From an uncultured Thermoplasmata archaeon (GTDB taxonomy: Archaea > Thermoplasmatota > Thermoplasmata > UBA10834): DNA of 64,000 nt. Positions 28,724-39,423 of the stretch are shown piece after piece (position 1 is the first letter of the stretch; each line of letters starts with the position of its first letter). Location of the stretch: positions 608,001 to 672,000 of the forward strand of contig CAVRDX010000001.1 of assembly GCA_963719945.1 (NCBI GenBank), read 5' to 3'. Under the pieces are notes generated by a model. That model worked only from the letters and a program-made list of their open reading frames with translations. It was not told the origin of the DNA and did not search any database. The position numbers and the translations under genes are program-made.

Positions 28724-30178
28724 ATGCCCTGGACAGGACCAATAATCAAGATAGATGAGTTCAGGTACGAAATCCCCAAAACTTTCAAACAGTGCATGTC
28801 AACCTCCGCGATAATATTCGCGGATGATAAGCTGATAAAATCCGTGACAGCTGACAGTGCACCGGAACAGGCTGCGAACGTGGCCTGTCTTCCAGGGATT
28901 GTTGGCAAATCGCTCGCCATGCCGGACATTCATTGGGGGTATGGGTTCCCCATCGGAGGAGTCGCAGCATTCGATTCCGAGACGGGCGTGATATCACCTG
29001 GAGGCATAGGGTACGATGTCAATTGTGGTGTCAAACTCGTCAGAACTGACCTCAAATTCGAAGAAATCAGAAACAAGAGGAAGAACCTCATAGACACGAT
29101 ATTCGATAATGTCCCATCTGGCGTCGGCGAAAAGGGGAAGCTGCGGCTAACAGGCAGTCAGATAGATGAAGTCCTGGATAATGGTGCAAAATGGGCAGTG
29201 TCCCAGGGTTATGGTTGGCAAGAGGACCTCGAAACCAGCGAGGAGAACGGCTGCATGAAGACGGCCGACTCTTCGAAGGTCGATCAGAAGGCGAAACAGA
29301 GAGGTGCACCCCAACTGGGCACTCTGGGAGGAGGCAACCACTTCGTGGAGATACAGAAAGTCGATAAGATCTTCGACGAACAGGCTGCCAAATGCTTCGG
29401 AATCGATTCCGTTGACCAGATCATGGTCAGCATACACTCAGGCTCCAGAGGATGCGGGCATCAGATCGCAAGCGATTACATCCGAGTGATGGAGAATGCG
29501 ATCAGGAAATACAACATCTCTGTTCCTGACAGGCAATTGGCATGCGCTCCTGTGAACTCGCAGGAGGGACGGGATTGCTTTGCAGCCATGAGTGCTGCTG
29601 CGAACTACGCGTGGGCGAACAGGCAGCTGATACTCCACTGGCTCAGGGAATCGTTCGAGAGATCCCTGGACAGGAGCGCAGAGGAGATGGGGATGAAATG
29701 CGTCTATGATGTCGCCCACAACATCTGCAAGCTGGAGGAGCATCAGATCGATGGACGACGAAAAATGGTATATGTCCACCGCAAGGGAGCTACCAGGGCT
29801 TTCGATAGCAGCCGAGACGAAGTCCCCGCGAAGTACAGACAATTCGGGCAGCCCGTTCTGATTCCAGGGGACATGGGAAGCGCGAGCTATGTCCTTGCGG
29901 GCACACCACAGGCTATGGCCGAGACATTCGGATCGACATGCCACGGGGCTGGCAGACTGATGTCCAGGACCGCTGCGACCAGAAAGTTCACATCAAAAGC
30001 AGTTATCCAAGACCTTGAGGATCGAGGGGTATACATCAGAGCTGCATCGAAGGAGGGCATCATAGAAGAAGCTCCTGGAGCCTACAAGAACGTGGACGAC
30101 GTGGTCCGCGTCGCCGATGGTGCGGGGATATCAAGGCTGGTAGCCCGTCTTCGACCGATCGGCGTGATGAAAGGCTAG
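28724..30178 (+). CDS. rtcB: RtcB tRNA-splicing/RNA-repair ligase
   Basis: MPDIHWGYGFPIG, GYDVNCG, GGNHF, HSGSRG, HRKGAT, PGDMG, HGAGR, EEAPGAYK. Confidence 0.96.
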   Translation: MPWTGPIIKIDEFRYEIPKTFKQCMSTSAIIFADDKLIKSVTADSAPEQAANVACLPGIVGKSLAMPDIHWGYGFPIGGVAAFDSETGVISPGGIGYDVNCGVKLVRTDLKFEEIRNKRKNLIDTIFDNVPSGVGEKGKLRLTGSQIDEVLDNGAKWAVSQGYGWQEDLETSEENGCMKTADSSKVDQKAKQRGAPQLGTLGGGNHFVEIQKVDKIFDEQAAKCFGIDSVDQIMVSIHSGSRGCGHQIASDYIRVMENAIRKYNISVPDRQLACAPVNSQEGRDCFAAMSAAANYAWANRQLILHWLRESFERSLDRSAEEMGMKCVYDVAHNICKLEEHQIDGRRKMVYVHRKGATRAFDSSRDEVPAKYRQFGQPVLIPGDMGSASYVLAGTPQAMAETFGSTCHGAGRLMSRTAATRKFTSKAVIQDLEDRGVYIRAASKEGIIEEAPGAYKNVDDVVRVADGAGISRLVARLRPIGVMKG

Positions 30179-31485
30179 AGGCCTAGCACTTTCTGCGCAG
30201 CTTTGGCCACTTTCATCTTGTCCTTCTCTGGACACGCCACCATGATCGCCCAGTCATGAGCCCTTCGGAATTGAAGCGAGGAGGCGATCGAACTCATTCT
30301 AGGCAGGAGGCGCACACGCTTGCCATCAAGGATACGAACATCCATGAGTGACATCCGTGGCTCTGAGATTGGGAGCTCTGCAGAAGGAACATCCATTATT
30401 ACCTTGCCTGACGGGATTCCAGCTCTCCGAGCTATGTCCTCCTCAGCTGTCCTGCGCCTTTCGACGTTGCCAAGCGCATCTATCTTTGACCAGTCATCTT
30501 CACATACGTCCGTCACGGCTATTGCATAGGCGCGCTTGTACAATTTGCGATACTTGAGACAGGTCGCGATCTCGCGCGAATATCCGCCCTGCGATTCCAG
30601 ATATGCGAGCAGACCAGCATCCGTCATCCGATGGATGTGGTCAATCGAGTCCTTGCCCAGCCGCTCCACCGCCTTGGCGAGCATGAGCTCCGGTATCCTC
30701 ACAGTCTTGTGGTAGTAGACCGACGAAAACATGAGTGCTCGCGCGACCAGCATGCCCTCGACCGCACTCAGGCCGCTCCTGTCGATGACCAGATCGCCAT
30801 TGTATATATCGAAGGTCTCGACGAGCCGATCGATGTCTATCACGCCATAAGCAACCCCGGTGTAATGTGCGTCTCGTACGAGGTAGTCGAGCTGGTCGGC
30901 ATCGACTGTTCCGCTGACGATCTGAGAAAGGTAACGCTTCGTGTTGAAGTGCGCCTGCGGTCCGTGTTTCTCAAGAGCGCGCGAAGACTGCCTCAATGTG
31001 TGCTGGCCATCCAACAGACCGGCCACATCCTTTGGGCTGATTGACATCGCCTCCAGCGCCTCAGGAACGGATGCATGCTTTCCTAGGATTGACCTCTCCT
31101 CATCGGCCAGGACGGAATCCTCCCCGCGGATGAGTCTTCTAGATATCTCAGCGTGGTCAACGCCGAATTGTTCGTGGAGGACCATCTCGAATGTATGGGA
31201 ATATGGAAGATGGCCTATGTCGTGTAGAAGCGCTGCAGCTTGGACCAGGAGCGATTCGGAGCGATCCAGGTTGAGGGACGAACATATCCGTCCAGCCACA
31301 TGGAAAGTCCCCAGCGAGTGCTCGAAACGCGTGTGATTGGCACCAGGATAGACGAGATATGCAAGACCGAGCTGGTGGATATTGTGCAATCTCTGAAGCT
31401 CTGGTGTCGACGCCAGAGGCAAGAAACAACCGTCGACCTTGATACTACCATGTACCGAATCTCGGATTATCTTGTATTCGACCAC
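30175..31485 (-). CDS. HD-domain phosphohydrolase (SAMHD1/dNTPase-like)
   Basis: RDSVHG, QLGLAYLVYPGANHTRFEHSLG, LHDIGH, DADQLDYLVRD, VYYHK; probable GTG start at 31485. Confidence 0.9.
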   Translation of the reverse strand: MVEYKIIRDSVHGSIKVDGCFLPLASTPELQRLHNIHQLGLAYLVYPGANHTRFEHSLGTFHVAGRICSSLNLDRSESLLVQAAALLHDIGHLPYSHTFEMVLHEQFGVDHAEISRRLIRGEDSVLADEERSILGKHASVPEALEAMSISPKDVAGLLDGQHTLRQSSRALEKHGPQAHFNTKRYLSQIVSGTVDADQLDYLVRDAHYTGVAYGVIDIDRLVETFDIYNGDLVIDRSGLSAVEGMLVARALMFSSVYYHKTVRIPELMLAKAVERLGKDSIDHIHRMTDAGLLAYLESQGGYSREIATCLKYRKLYKRAYAIAVTDVCEDDWSKIDALGNVERRRTAEEDIARRAGIPSGKVIMDVPSAELPISEPRMSLMDVRILDGKRVRLLPRMSSIASSLQFRRAHDWAIMVACPEKDKMKVAKAAQKVLGL

Positions 31486-31683
31486 TGTGGCTAACACATC
31501 TTCATGAGATATAATGGTTGAGTAGACAAGCAGCGATGCCATCAAACCAGTTCATAAGGATGTTGACAATGAGACCGCCTATCAATCGACTCACCATTAT
31601 TAAACATGATATTGAGGGCCAAACTCTTTTAATAGGGACACACGTTTTTAACTTGGGCTTTTCGCCGTAAGGAGGCATCATAT

Positions 31684-32409
31684 ATGGAGTTCGGCGCCAA
31701 CGCTAGTGATGACAGGGTTCAGACTTACATAGATGGCTTCGACAGCAAGATAGGTGGCGGCATCAAGAAGGGCCATGTGGTTCTGCTGGCAGGCACGCCT
31801 GGAACGATGAAATCATCGATTGCGGTGAACCTTCTATACAGCAATGTTCGCAAGAAGGGTGTCAATGTACTCTACATCAGCATCGAAGAAAGCAAGGAGA
31901 GTCTACTGAGCGCGATGGAGATGCTGGGCCTCGGAACCGTCGATGAGAACAAATTCTTCATAGTTGATATCGGCAAGCTCAGACTGGAACACACCGATGC
32001 GGATGTCGGACGAGATTGGTTCAAGATCCTGAAGGAGTACCTGAAGAAGAAGGTCGAGAACGAAGGCGTCGAGATCGTGGTAATCGATTCTCTCACAGCG
32101 ATATACTCCCTCGCAGCGATACCGAACCCACGGCAAGAACTGTTCCACTTCTTCGGCTTCCTGAAGAGGTTGGGAGTCACGACAATCCTGATATCGGAGA
32201 CGCAGCAGAACGGCCTAGCATTCGGACCGTACAATGAGGACTTCCTCGCAGATGGGGCATTCCTGCTAAGGTTTGTTGATGTTGGAGAGACCGATGTTCA
32301 ACTGAGGATCAGAGCCGTCAAGTTGAGACATTCCAAGATCCATCACGGTTATCTGACATTGCTGTACAAGGATGGGAGATTCTCGGCCACACCACCCATC
32401 AGTGAGTGA
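31684..32409 (+). CDS. KaiC/RAD55-like single-domain ATPase
   Basis: Walker A GTPGTMKS, YISIEE, VVIDS, VKLRHS. Confidence 0.88.
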   Translation: MEFGANASDDRVQTYIDGFDSKIGGGIKKGHVVLLAGTPGTMKSSIAVNLLYSNVRKKGVNVLYISIEESKESLLSAMEMLGLGTVDENKFFIVDIGKLRLEHTDADVGRDWFKILKEYLKKKVENEGVEIVVIDSLTAIYSLAAIPNPRQELFHFFGFLKRLGVTTILISETQQNGLAFGPYNEDFLADGAFLLRFVDVGETDVQLRIRAVKLRHSKIHHGYLTLLYKDGRFSATPPISE

Positions 32410-32503
32410 TGTTGACCGAGGACATCTTGATGAGACTGGGGAATAGCTTCAGCACCAGAGTTAGCTCATCGAGTATCCATCACATCGAGATAGAAAGGCC
32501 GGC

Positions 32504-32899
32504 TCAGAAACCGCCACGAATCTTGTTTCGGTCGATCTTGACGCCTCGTGGAGTCACCATGAGCAGGTTCTTCCCGACGCCGGCTACATCTCCACCGACG
32601 TCACGAGATACGTTCTTCAGCTCGGCCGTGAGGCGCTTCATCGTCAGGTCGTCATTGGCAATCGATGTGTAGTCTATGATGACTATGTGCCCGGCATAGA
32701 CCTGGCTCGTCAGGCTGGACAAATCCTCATATCTGAACATCTCTCCGACCTTGACGAGGGTCTTGACACCTTCAGCATCCATTAATCCCTCGTCCTCGAA
32801 CACCATCTCAGTGAGGTCAATATATTGTTCTGCTCCCATGGTCTCCTTCTGCTCCGAATCCGGAGCGCCGGAGAATGGCTTCTTCTTCAGAATCGTCAA
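32504..32899 (-). CDS. sepF: Archaeal cell-division protein SepF
   Basis: EQYIDL, GHIVIIDY, VGGDVAGVG, MVTPRGVKIDR. Confidence 0.85.
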   Translation of the reverse strand: MTILKKKPFSGAPDSEQKETMGAEQYIDLTEMVFEDEGLMDAEGVKTLVKVGEMFRYEDLSSLTSQVYAGHIVIIDYTSIANDDLTMKRLTAELKNVSRDVGGDVAGVGKNLLMVTPRGVKIDRNKIRGGF

Positions 32900-33025
32900 G
32901 GTGCATCCCTCTAGCGAGTAATCACGTTGTTTGGATATAAAGCTTGCCAGGCATGGCCAGACACCGAGTCTTTGATGTCAATCCTAAAGGGATTGACAGT
33001 GTATATGACCATCTTCATCTAGCGA

Positions 33026-33562
33026 TCAGGCAGGCTCTTCTTCGGTCACATCGTCGATCTCTTCCTTTGGCTCATCCAACATCCAGAGCTTGTCGCCCAC
33101 GTAATGCAGTGACGATGCGACCTTCCCCTTTTCCTTGCGCAAGATTGTATCTGCGGATACCAACGCTTTACCGATTGCTAGGGGCCGCTTGTTTCTGACG
33201 TCGCGTATCCAAACAAAATCCCCTTCGACGATACCAGGGTCGGCTTCCACGACCCCTGGGCCCATCACATCCGCGCCATTAGCCACGAACCTGACTGCAC
33301 CCATGTCCACCGTGATATACCGCTTCGTAGCCGGATAACCCAACAACCCCCTCACTGTGAGAAACGGCTCCCCCTGCCATACCATCGCCAATATCTTGCC
33401 GTTCACGAACACCGCATCGTATTCCGGGGCTTCCGCCATGTCAACTGTATCCTGGGGCCCAAAGACATCCGTGCCCAGGATATCCTTCAATCGAGCGGAC
33501 AAGGACTCAATCTCCTTCTGTCTCATCCTGTGCCTCTTCCTCAAACGAAGCTCGGTCATCAT
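33026..33562 (-). CDS. Pre-PUA/PUA RNA-binding protein (MCT-1/Tma20-like)
   Basis: VDMGAVRFVANGADVMGPGVV, KGKVASSLHYVGDKLW. Confidence 0.9.
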   Translation of the reverse strand: MMTELRLRKRHRMRQKEIESLSARLKDILGTDVFGPQDTVDMAEAPEYDAVFVNGKILAMVWQGEPFLTVRGLLGYPATKRYITVDMGAVRFVANGADVMGPGVVEADPGIVEGDFVWIRDVRNKRPLAIGKALVSADTILRKEKGKVASSLHYVGDKLWMLDEPKEEIDDVTEEEPA

Positions 33563-35688
33563 TCCGACCTCCTACCGTCATAATCTTCTGAATCACAATC
33601 TCGTGAACGAGCTTCCGCCTCAGCCGATGCGACATCCGCGCTGGCTGTCCTGCCGAGAGCGGCATAGGCTTCGGCTCTGATCCTATACGGTTCTGATTCG
33701 TCCCCGTCGATGCCCGATGCAATCAGAGAAGCATCAATGGCTGAATCAAAATCCTTGAGAACGAGCAATACGCGGGCAAGGGATGTCGCGACCACATAAT
33801 CGGAGGGGACGGCATCCAAAGCTTTCGAATATGATTCCATGGCCATCTGCCATTTCTCTGAGCGTTCTGCGATCTCGCCCAGCAATCTATGAATGGCCGG
33901 GGAAGACTTGCCGTCATGGGACAGCAGCGAGATAGCTTCCTCCGAATTGCCCTCCGCATCGAGAAGCCTTGCGTTCAAGATCATGTGACCCTCATGAGGC
34001 ACCTCCATCGTCTCGATCCGCATCATCACATCTCTAGCGGAAGATAGCCGCCCCCCACGTATGAAGTAGCTGCACAGGGCCATCTGCACGGACACATCGC
34101 TCACGGATCGGATTATGTAATCAACACTAGATGGGAGCACCATCTCATCGAGGAGGCAACGGATGTCGAGCAGTCTTATCAGAACGGATGGATCCCGAAT
34201 CCCCATCAAAACAGCGTCTTCCAGGACGGACAATGCCTCGTGATACATTCCCAGGCGCGTGAGCACCTTGGTACGTGTGATTATCGATGCGATCTCGTTC
34301 TGGGATTCCATCGACCTCATAGGCAGGCTTCTCAGGGCGTTGATATATGCCCTCCTGGCACTTTCCAGGTCTCCCATCCTGGAGAGAAGGTCACCCTTCT
34401 CGGCCCATCCGTCCCCGAAACCTGGATTGACGGACAGGGACTCATCGATAGCAAGGAGGGATTCATCCAGTCGCCCGAGGTCCCGAGCAACCTTGGAGAG
34501 CGCCTTCCATGCTTCATCGTAGTCAGGGTTTATCTCCAATGATGCCGTCATCAGATCTAGGCCTTCCTCAGGGTGTCCGGTCATCGATTTGCATACGCCC
34601 TTTGCATAGAGTGCATAATCGAAATCCGGTCTCAATTCGATGGCTCGGTCATGGAAAGGGATCGCATTCTCCCATAGACCGACCTTCTCGAGCGCATTGC
34701 CGATGTTGTTCCATGCGATCTCATATCCAGGGTCCACCCTTATGGCCTCGACGAACTTTGGTATGGATTCCGAGAATCTTCCCAGGTTGTATAGTGCATT
34801 GCCGAGATTGTTCCATAATACCCTATCATCTGCATCTATCTCAATAGCCCGAGTATAGCACTCGACGGCTTGGGATAGCCGATCGGCACCGTGCAGAGAA
34901 TAGCCTTTGTTATACCAAGCAGGCTTGTATGCAGGATCGATCTCAATCGACTTATCGAAACATTCGAGCGCTCTTGCCAATTGACCAGAGCAGAAGTATG
35001 TGTATCCGAGATTGTTGAACAATTCCTTATCATCGGGTGTGTCCTTCAGGGCCGTCTCGAAAGCCTGGATGGCATTCAAATACTCGCCCTTCTCGTGAAA
35101 TGCGGAACCCATGATTGTCAATGCCTTTGATAACCCTGGATGGATCAGAAGACATCTCTCGCCCAGAGCGATTGCCTCATCGAATAACTGCAAATCGACA
35201 TACAGTTCGGCGGCGGCCAAGAATACATCCACTTTGCCATCTGCGATGGATACGAGTTGTGTCGATGCCTTCTTCGCACGTCGATTGCGACCAAGTCGTA
35301 TGTACGAGCTAGCCAGACCATATATGTTCTGCCATCTGGAGGTGTTTAGGGATGATGCCCGCCCGTAGCATTCGGCTGCATCGAGATACAAGCCCCTCGA
35401 GTAGAGACAATTTCCCAGATTGTGCCAGGCGAGTTCGTAGTCTGGCGCCAGGTGAATGGCATACCTGTAACTCTGAGCTGCATCCTCACAGCGGCCGAGT
35501 GCGTCGAGGGACGCACCTCTATTGTTGTAGACGACCTCTGTCTCAAGACCGGATGATCGCGCCTGCTCGAAGAGCATCAGAGCCTGAGCGTATTCACCCG
35601 CATCGTATGCAGCATTGGCCTGATCGAACGCATAGGAGGGGGAAAGTCGTCTGGTGGACCCCAGCGTCCTCTGTATTTCCTGTTTCAA
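33559..35688 (-). CDS. Tetratricopeptide-repeat protein
   Basis: Many TPR units (AWHNLG, AWYNKG, LWNNLG, AWNNIG; P-D/Y turns). Confidence 0.92.
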   Translation of the reverse strand: MKQEIQRTLGSTRRLSPSYAFDQANAAYDAGEYAQALMLFEQARSSGLETEVVYNNRGASLDALGRCEDAAQSYRYAIHLAPDYELAWHNLGNCLYSRGLYLDAAECYGRASSLNTSRWQNIYGLASSYIRLGRNRRAKKASTQLVSIADGKVDVFLAAAELYVDLQLFDEAIALGERCLLIHPGLSKALTIMGSAFHEKGEYLNAIQAFETALKDTPDDKELFNNLGYTYFCSGQLARALECFDKSIEIDPAYKPAWYNKGYSLHGADRLSQAVECYTRAIEIDADDRVLWNNLGNALYNLGRFSESIPKFVEAIRVDPGYEIAWNNIGNALEKVGLWENAIPFHDRAIELRPDFDYALYAKGVCKSMTGHPEEGLDLMTASLEINPDYDEAWKALSKVARDLGRLDESLLAIDESLSVNPGFGDGWAEKGDLLSRMGDLESARRAYINALRSLPMRSMESQNEIASIITRTKVLTRLGMYHEALSVLEDAVLMGIRDPSVLIRLLDIRCLLDEMVLPSSVDYIIRSVSDVSVQMALCSYFIRGGRLSSARDVMMRIETMEVPHEGHMILNARLLDAEGNSEEAISLLSHDGKSSPAIHRLLGEIAERSEKWQMAMESYSKALDAVPSDYVVATSLARVLLVLKDFDSAIDASLIASGIDGDESEPYRIRAEAYAALGRTASADVASAEAEARSRDCDSEDYDGRRSE

Positions 35689-35808
35689 GCATCCTTCCGA
35701 TTACACACTTGCTAGATAGCCTTTTTGACATCCGGATTAAAAGCTATGCCCACATTTCAACCGGAAAGCATCATCAACATCATGGTTGACGACAGGGGAT
35801 GCCTGATA

Positions 35809-36165
35809 TCATCGCGAATGCTTTTTCATGATTTCAATCAGTTCATCGAGATTGAACGGCTTCTGCAGAAATGCTCGGGCACCCTCGTCAAGCGACTTGG
35901 CCCTTATCGAACCATCCGCGCTGATGAAGATAACGGGAACATCGGGATCTGATTCCAGCAGTATCTTCATGGTCTCGATCCCGTTCTTCATAGGGAGGCG
36001 ATAATCAATGAGAACAAGGTCGGGTGGTTCCATGGAGGACAGACGATCGATGGCTTCGAATCCATCATAGGCCCAGCCCACCACTTCGTATCCATACCTG
36101 GGGAATATCTCGGAATACAATTCGATGAACGAGCTCTCGTCTTCGATAACGAACACCTTCTTCAT
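35809..36165 (-). CDS. Stand-alone response regulator receiver
   Basis: VIEDE, LIDYRLPMKNG, FISA, LQKPF. Confidence 0.93.
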   Translation of the reverse strand: MKKVFVIEDESSFIELYSEIFPRYGYEVVGWAYDGFEAIDRLSSMEPPDLVLIDYRLPMKNGIETMKILLESDPDVPVIFISADGSIRAKSLDEGARAFLQKPFNLDELIEIMKKHSR

Positions 36166-37646
36166 CCTGTCTCACCGCCTCCATCTTCCGATCCTGGTTC
36201 TTGACCCAGTGGTCTGCAAGGGACTAATAACTCCACGCGTGCTCCTTTTGAGAAATCATTCTCGACCCGGTCCGCGATGACGAGATCACCGCCCAATTGA
36301 TTCAGAATCGCTTTGTAGATGGACAGGTCCGACGCCACCCCTCGCGTGTATCTCTTGGAAAAGTCCAGGGGAGCGTTCAGCAATTCCTTTGTGGTGTCCG
36401 GGATTCCTTTGCCGTAATCAGACACCGCGATTCTGCATATGGAATCACTGCCCTTGACACCGCCACCGTACTGCCTATCAATCTCGATATGGACCTGAAC
36501 AGGGTCATCTTTGGAATGGATGACGGCATTCCTGAGGATTCCGTGCAACAGATTGCGCACGTATTCAGTTCCTCGGAGTTCTGACGGCCCCATCCGGGCA
36601 TCAATGGAGATGTGTATGGTCCGCGAGGATTCCTTCTCGACCATCTCAATCAGCTCATTTATCATCCGTTCATGATCGACCCTACTATAGACCAGTTCAT
36701 CGGCCGTGGCCACCTCATCGAGCCATCTGACATTCAGCACGAAAGTTGAAGCCCGCTTCAGCTGCTTGACGACACGACTGGCAGGCAACACTCCGACTCC
36801 AGAGGCACTCGCATCCTCAAACAACATCTCGGCATAAATCAGCGCAGGTGTGAGAAGATTAGCAATATCATGCGCCATGAAATCGAAGTATCTGACTGCC
36901 CGATCATGCTCCGCCCGTAAATCAGCCAATCGCTCACCCACGAGAGTCTCAAGATGGTCACGGTATTGTTCCAACTCGACCAGCAACGATTCTGCCTTTC
37001 TCCGCTCCATGTTCGCCTCATTCATGAGGCGTATGGCGTTGGCATGGGCATCCACCAATTCATTGGCCTGCTTCTGGAGGGTCGTCTCGATCGAGATCTG
37101 TGACTCGATCAACTCAAGCAGTTTAAGCTGGTCCTCCATCACACCCTCGAAAGAAAACAGCACGGACCTGAACATTTCAGCATTCGAGAGCGGAGTGGAA
37201 CTCAAGACGCATATGGTCCCAAAGAGCGAGCCATCAGGCCATTTGATCGGTGCCCCAATATAGGATATCAGACCGGGTTTGACTGCAGGACTGTTCTTCC
37301 ATCGGTCATATTTTCTCGCATCGTCGATATAGTACATCTCGCCCGATTCGAGCACCGCCTCGCAATATACATCGCCAGTGAGCGCCTGACGGTCCCCCAC
37401 ATTAAACGGGTTGCCCTTGGTTGCACTTCTAGCAACGACCTCCACCTCATTCTCGTGCGAACGCATTACCAGCGCCGCCTCTGCACCAAAGACCATAGCC
37501 AGAATGTCCGCGATGCTCTGCCACCTCTGAAGGTATTCCGGCGGAGGAGTTCGGTGGCGTTCGCCATTGATCCCATGCCCTTGCGAGGAAGACCTTTTCG
37601 AACCATCAAGGGTAGCATCCTCGGAAGGGCGGTCGCTCGTATTCAA
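36162..37646 (-). CDS. GAF-coiled coil-histidine kinase (G2 box degenerate)
   Basis: GAF SYIGAPIKWPDGSLFGTICVL; H-box AHDIAN; N-box LRNA; G1 SDYGKG; G2 region RGVASDL. Confidence 0.85.
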   Translation of the reverse strand: MNTSDRPSEDATLDGSKRSSSQGHGINGERHRTPPPEYLQRWQSIADILAMVFGAEAALVMRSHENEVEVVARSATKGNPFNVGDRQALTGDVYCEAVLESGEMYYIDDARKYDRWKNSPAVKPGLISYIGAPIKWPDGSLFGTICVLSSTPLSNAEMFRSVLFSFEGVMEDQLKLLELIESQISIETTLQKQANELVDAHANAIRLMNEANMERRKAESLLVELEQYRDHLETLVGERLADLRAEHDRAVRYFDFMAHDIANLLTPALIYAEMLFEDASASGVGVLPASRVVKQLKRASTFVLNVRWLDEVATADELVYSRVDHERMINELIEMVEKESSRTIHISIDARMGPSELRGTEYVRNLLHGILRNAVIHSKDDPVQVHIEIDRQYGGGVKGSDSICRIAVSDYGKGIPDTTKELLNAPLDFSKRYTRGVASDLSIYKAILNQLGGDLVIADRVENDFSKGARVELLVPCRPLGQEPGSEDGGGETG

Positions 37647-37788
37647 TCCTCAGACACCACCCTGCGATCTCGCAAGTCATATCGACTCATTGATATTTCG
37701 TCGTTTCTATGTATGTGAATCGGAATGATTCCGACTTGGCCAAAGCTTATATCCGGAATTGCATATAATTCGCCTGGGTTCATAGGTC

Positions 37789-38604
37789 ATGATAGTCTTG
37801 TTCCGACAGTCGCCCAGATCAGTCATCACCGCCCATCTGGCGACCAGGGTCCACAACGCCAAACCAGTTCTGGACGATTCTAAGAAGCAGTTCTTCTTCG
37901 AGGAGACTCTGGATGCAGACACCATCGATTACGACGTCCTCTACACTGAGTTCAAGGAGAAGTTCGGAGGTTTGGATTTCCTCGAAGACGATAGGCTGTA
38001 CGAGATTATCGAGGACGAGATATTTTGGGCGTCCCGATTCAATACGCCAGACAGATATTTCCTGATATTCAAGGTCCTGTCCCAGATAGAATCCTCTGGA
38101 ACGAGAGCATACCTAGCCCAGAGAACGCCCGAAGCAAAGGAGATGAAGGACCGTGTCCGCCGCGTCTCAGGCGAATTCAGAAGGGCGAGAGGGGTCATAT
38201 CGTTCGATGAGGATGACAAGAGCAAGATACTCATCGGCCAAGGGAGCTTTGAGCATGAAATAACAGATCTTGTGCTTAGATATCATGCAAAGAGAAGGCC
38301 AGGACACAAGGTTGCGATTGTGGGAAAAGAGGAGGCCCACATACTCGTCGATGACGACATAATAATCGAAGCGAGAAGCAGGTTCCCAGAGAAACATACA
38401 AGGAAGGATGCGAAGAGATACTGGGCAGTCCTCCTCAACCCCAAGAACATCGAATCCAAGAGAGATCCGCGATATCAGGTCGACCGACTTCCGAGGAATT
38501 ACTGGAAATGGGTGTCCGAGGGGATGCAAGAGGTCGAGAGACTTCCAAAGGTCACCCTGGATGATTTTGCTCGTGACAATGACACCGAATCAAATGAATC
38601 GTAA
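37789..38604 (+). CDS. DUF4130-like putative DNA-metabolism protein
   Basis: RRVSGEFRRARGVISF, FEHEITDLVLRYHAKR and LPRNYWKWVSE resemble DUF4130 motifs as I recall them. Confidence 0.65.
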   Translation: MIVLFRQSPRSVITAHLATRVHNAKPVLDDSKKQFFFEETLDADTIDYDVLYTEFKEKFGGLDFLEDDRLYEIIEDEIFWASRFNTPDRYFLIFKVLSQIESSGTRAYLAQRTPEAKEMKDRVRRVSGEFRRARGVISFDEDDKSKILIGQGSFEHEITDLVLRYHAKRRPGHKVAIVGKEEAHILVDDDIIIEARSRFPEKHTRKDAKRYWAVLLNPKNIESKRDPRYQVDRLPRNYWKWVSEGMQEVERLPKVTLDDFARDNDTESNES

Positions 38605-38703
38605 ATTGCCACCTCATTCTCACAAATCGTAGCAACTCACAAACCTTCATAAGGTGCAACGCCCTTTTTACTGCGCCCAGGGGCCCATCAAAGAGGTTGA
38701 ACC

Positions 38704-39423
38704 TTGACCGGAACCGATACTAAGAAGAGTACACGCAATCTTGCGATCTTCATGGACCTGCTCGGCCACGATATTCAAAACAGCAACCAGGCAGTCCTGA
38801 GTTATCTTGAACTCATCATATCGTCCCCAGCAGCGGATGAGAAGACAAAGAAATACGCGGTGAGAGCTGCATCTCAGATGAGGGCCTCATCAATTCTGGT
38901 AGACAACATGAAGAGCCTCATGTCGATAGGCGACATCCACGAAAGTAATCTGCCGGATGTGGATTTGAAGCAGGTGATAGAGCAATCCACATCCAAACTA
39001 CAGGGATTGTTCTTGGACAGACGGATCAGAATCGATTATTCGGGCGTTGCAGCGGGCACGGCCGTCCCTGTGGGAGCATATGCCAACGAGCTGTTCGACA
39101 GCCTGCTCATGAACATCGTACATCTAAGCAAGAATGAAGAGATATCAATCAGGATCGATTCACAAAAGGATGTCATAGAAGATACACCAAGCTGGCGCAT
39201 TTGCATCATAACGTCGGACATGAACATGCCTACGATGATCGTGCACGATCTCGCGAACATATCCTCATCTGATGACCTGTCCAAAATCGTTCGCATATCC
39301 GGCATCTATTTTGCTGGGACGATGGCAAAGGCACTAGGAGGTAAACTTGAGATGATTACTTCCGAAGATGGATCAGGATGTACGTTCACATTGATGCTGA
39401 GGATAGGTGGTGCTCATGACTAG
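38704..39423 (+). CDS. Histidine-kinase-like protein with H-box but degenerate ATPase domain
   Basis: LGHDIQNSNQAVLSYLEL; no DxGxG; ends LGGKLE..GCTFTLML. Confidence 0.75.
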   Translation: MTGTDTKKSTRNLAIFMDLLGHDIQNSNQAVLSYLELIISSPAADEKTKKYAVRAASQMRASSILVDNMKSLMSIGDIHESNLPDVDLKQVIEQSTSKLQGLFLDRRIRIDYSGVAAGTAVPVGAYANELFDSLLMNIVHLSKNEEISIRIDSQKDVIEDTPSWRICIITSDMNMPTMIVHDLANISSSDDLSKIVRISGIYFAGTMAKALGGKLEMITSEDGSGCTFTLMLRIGGAHD

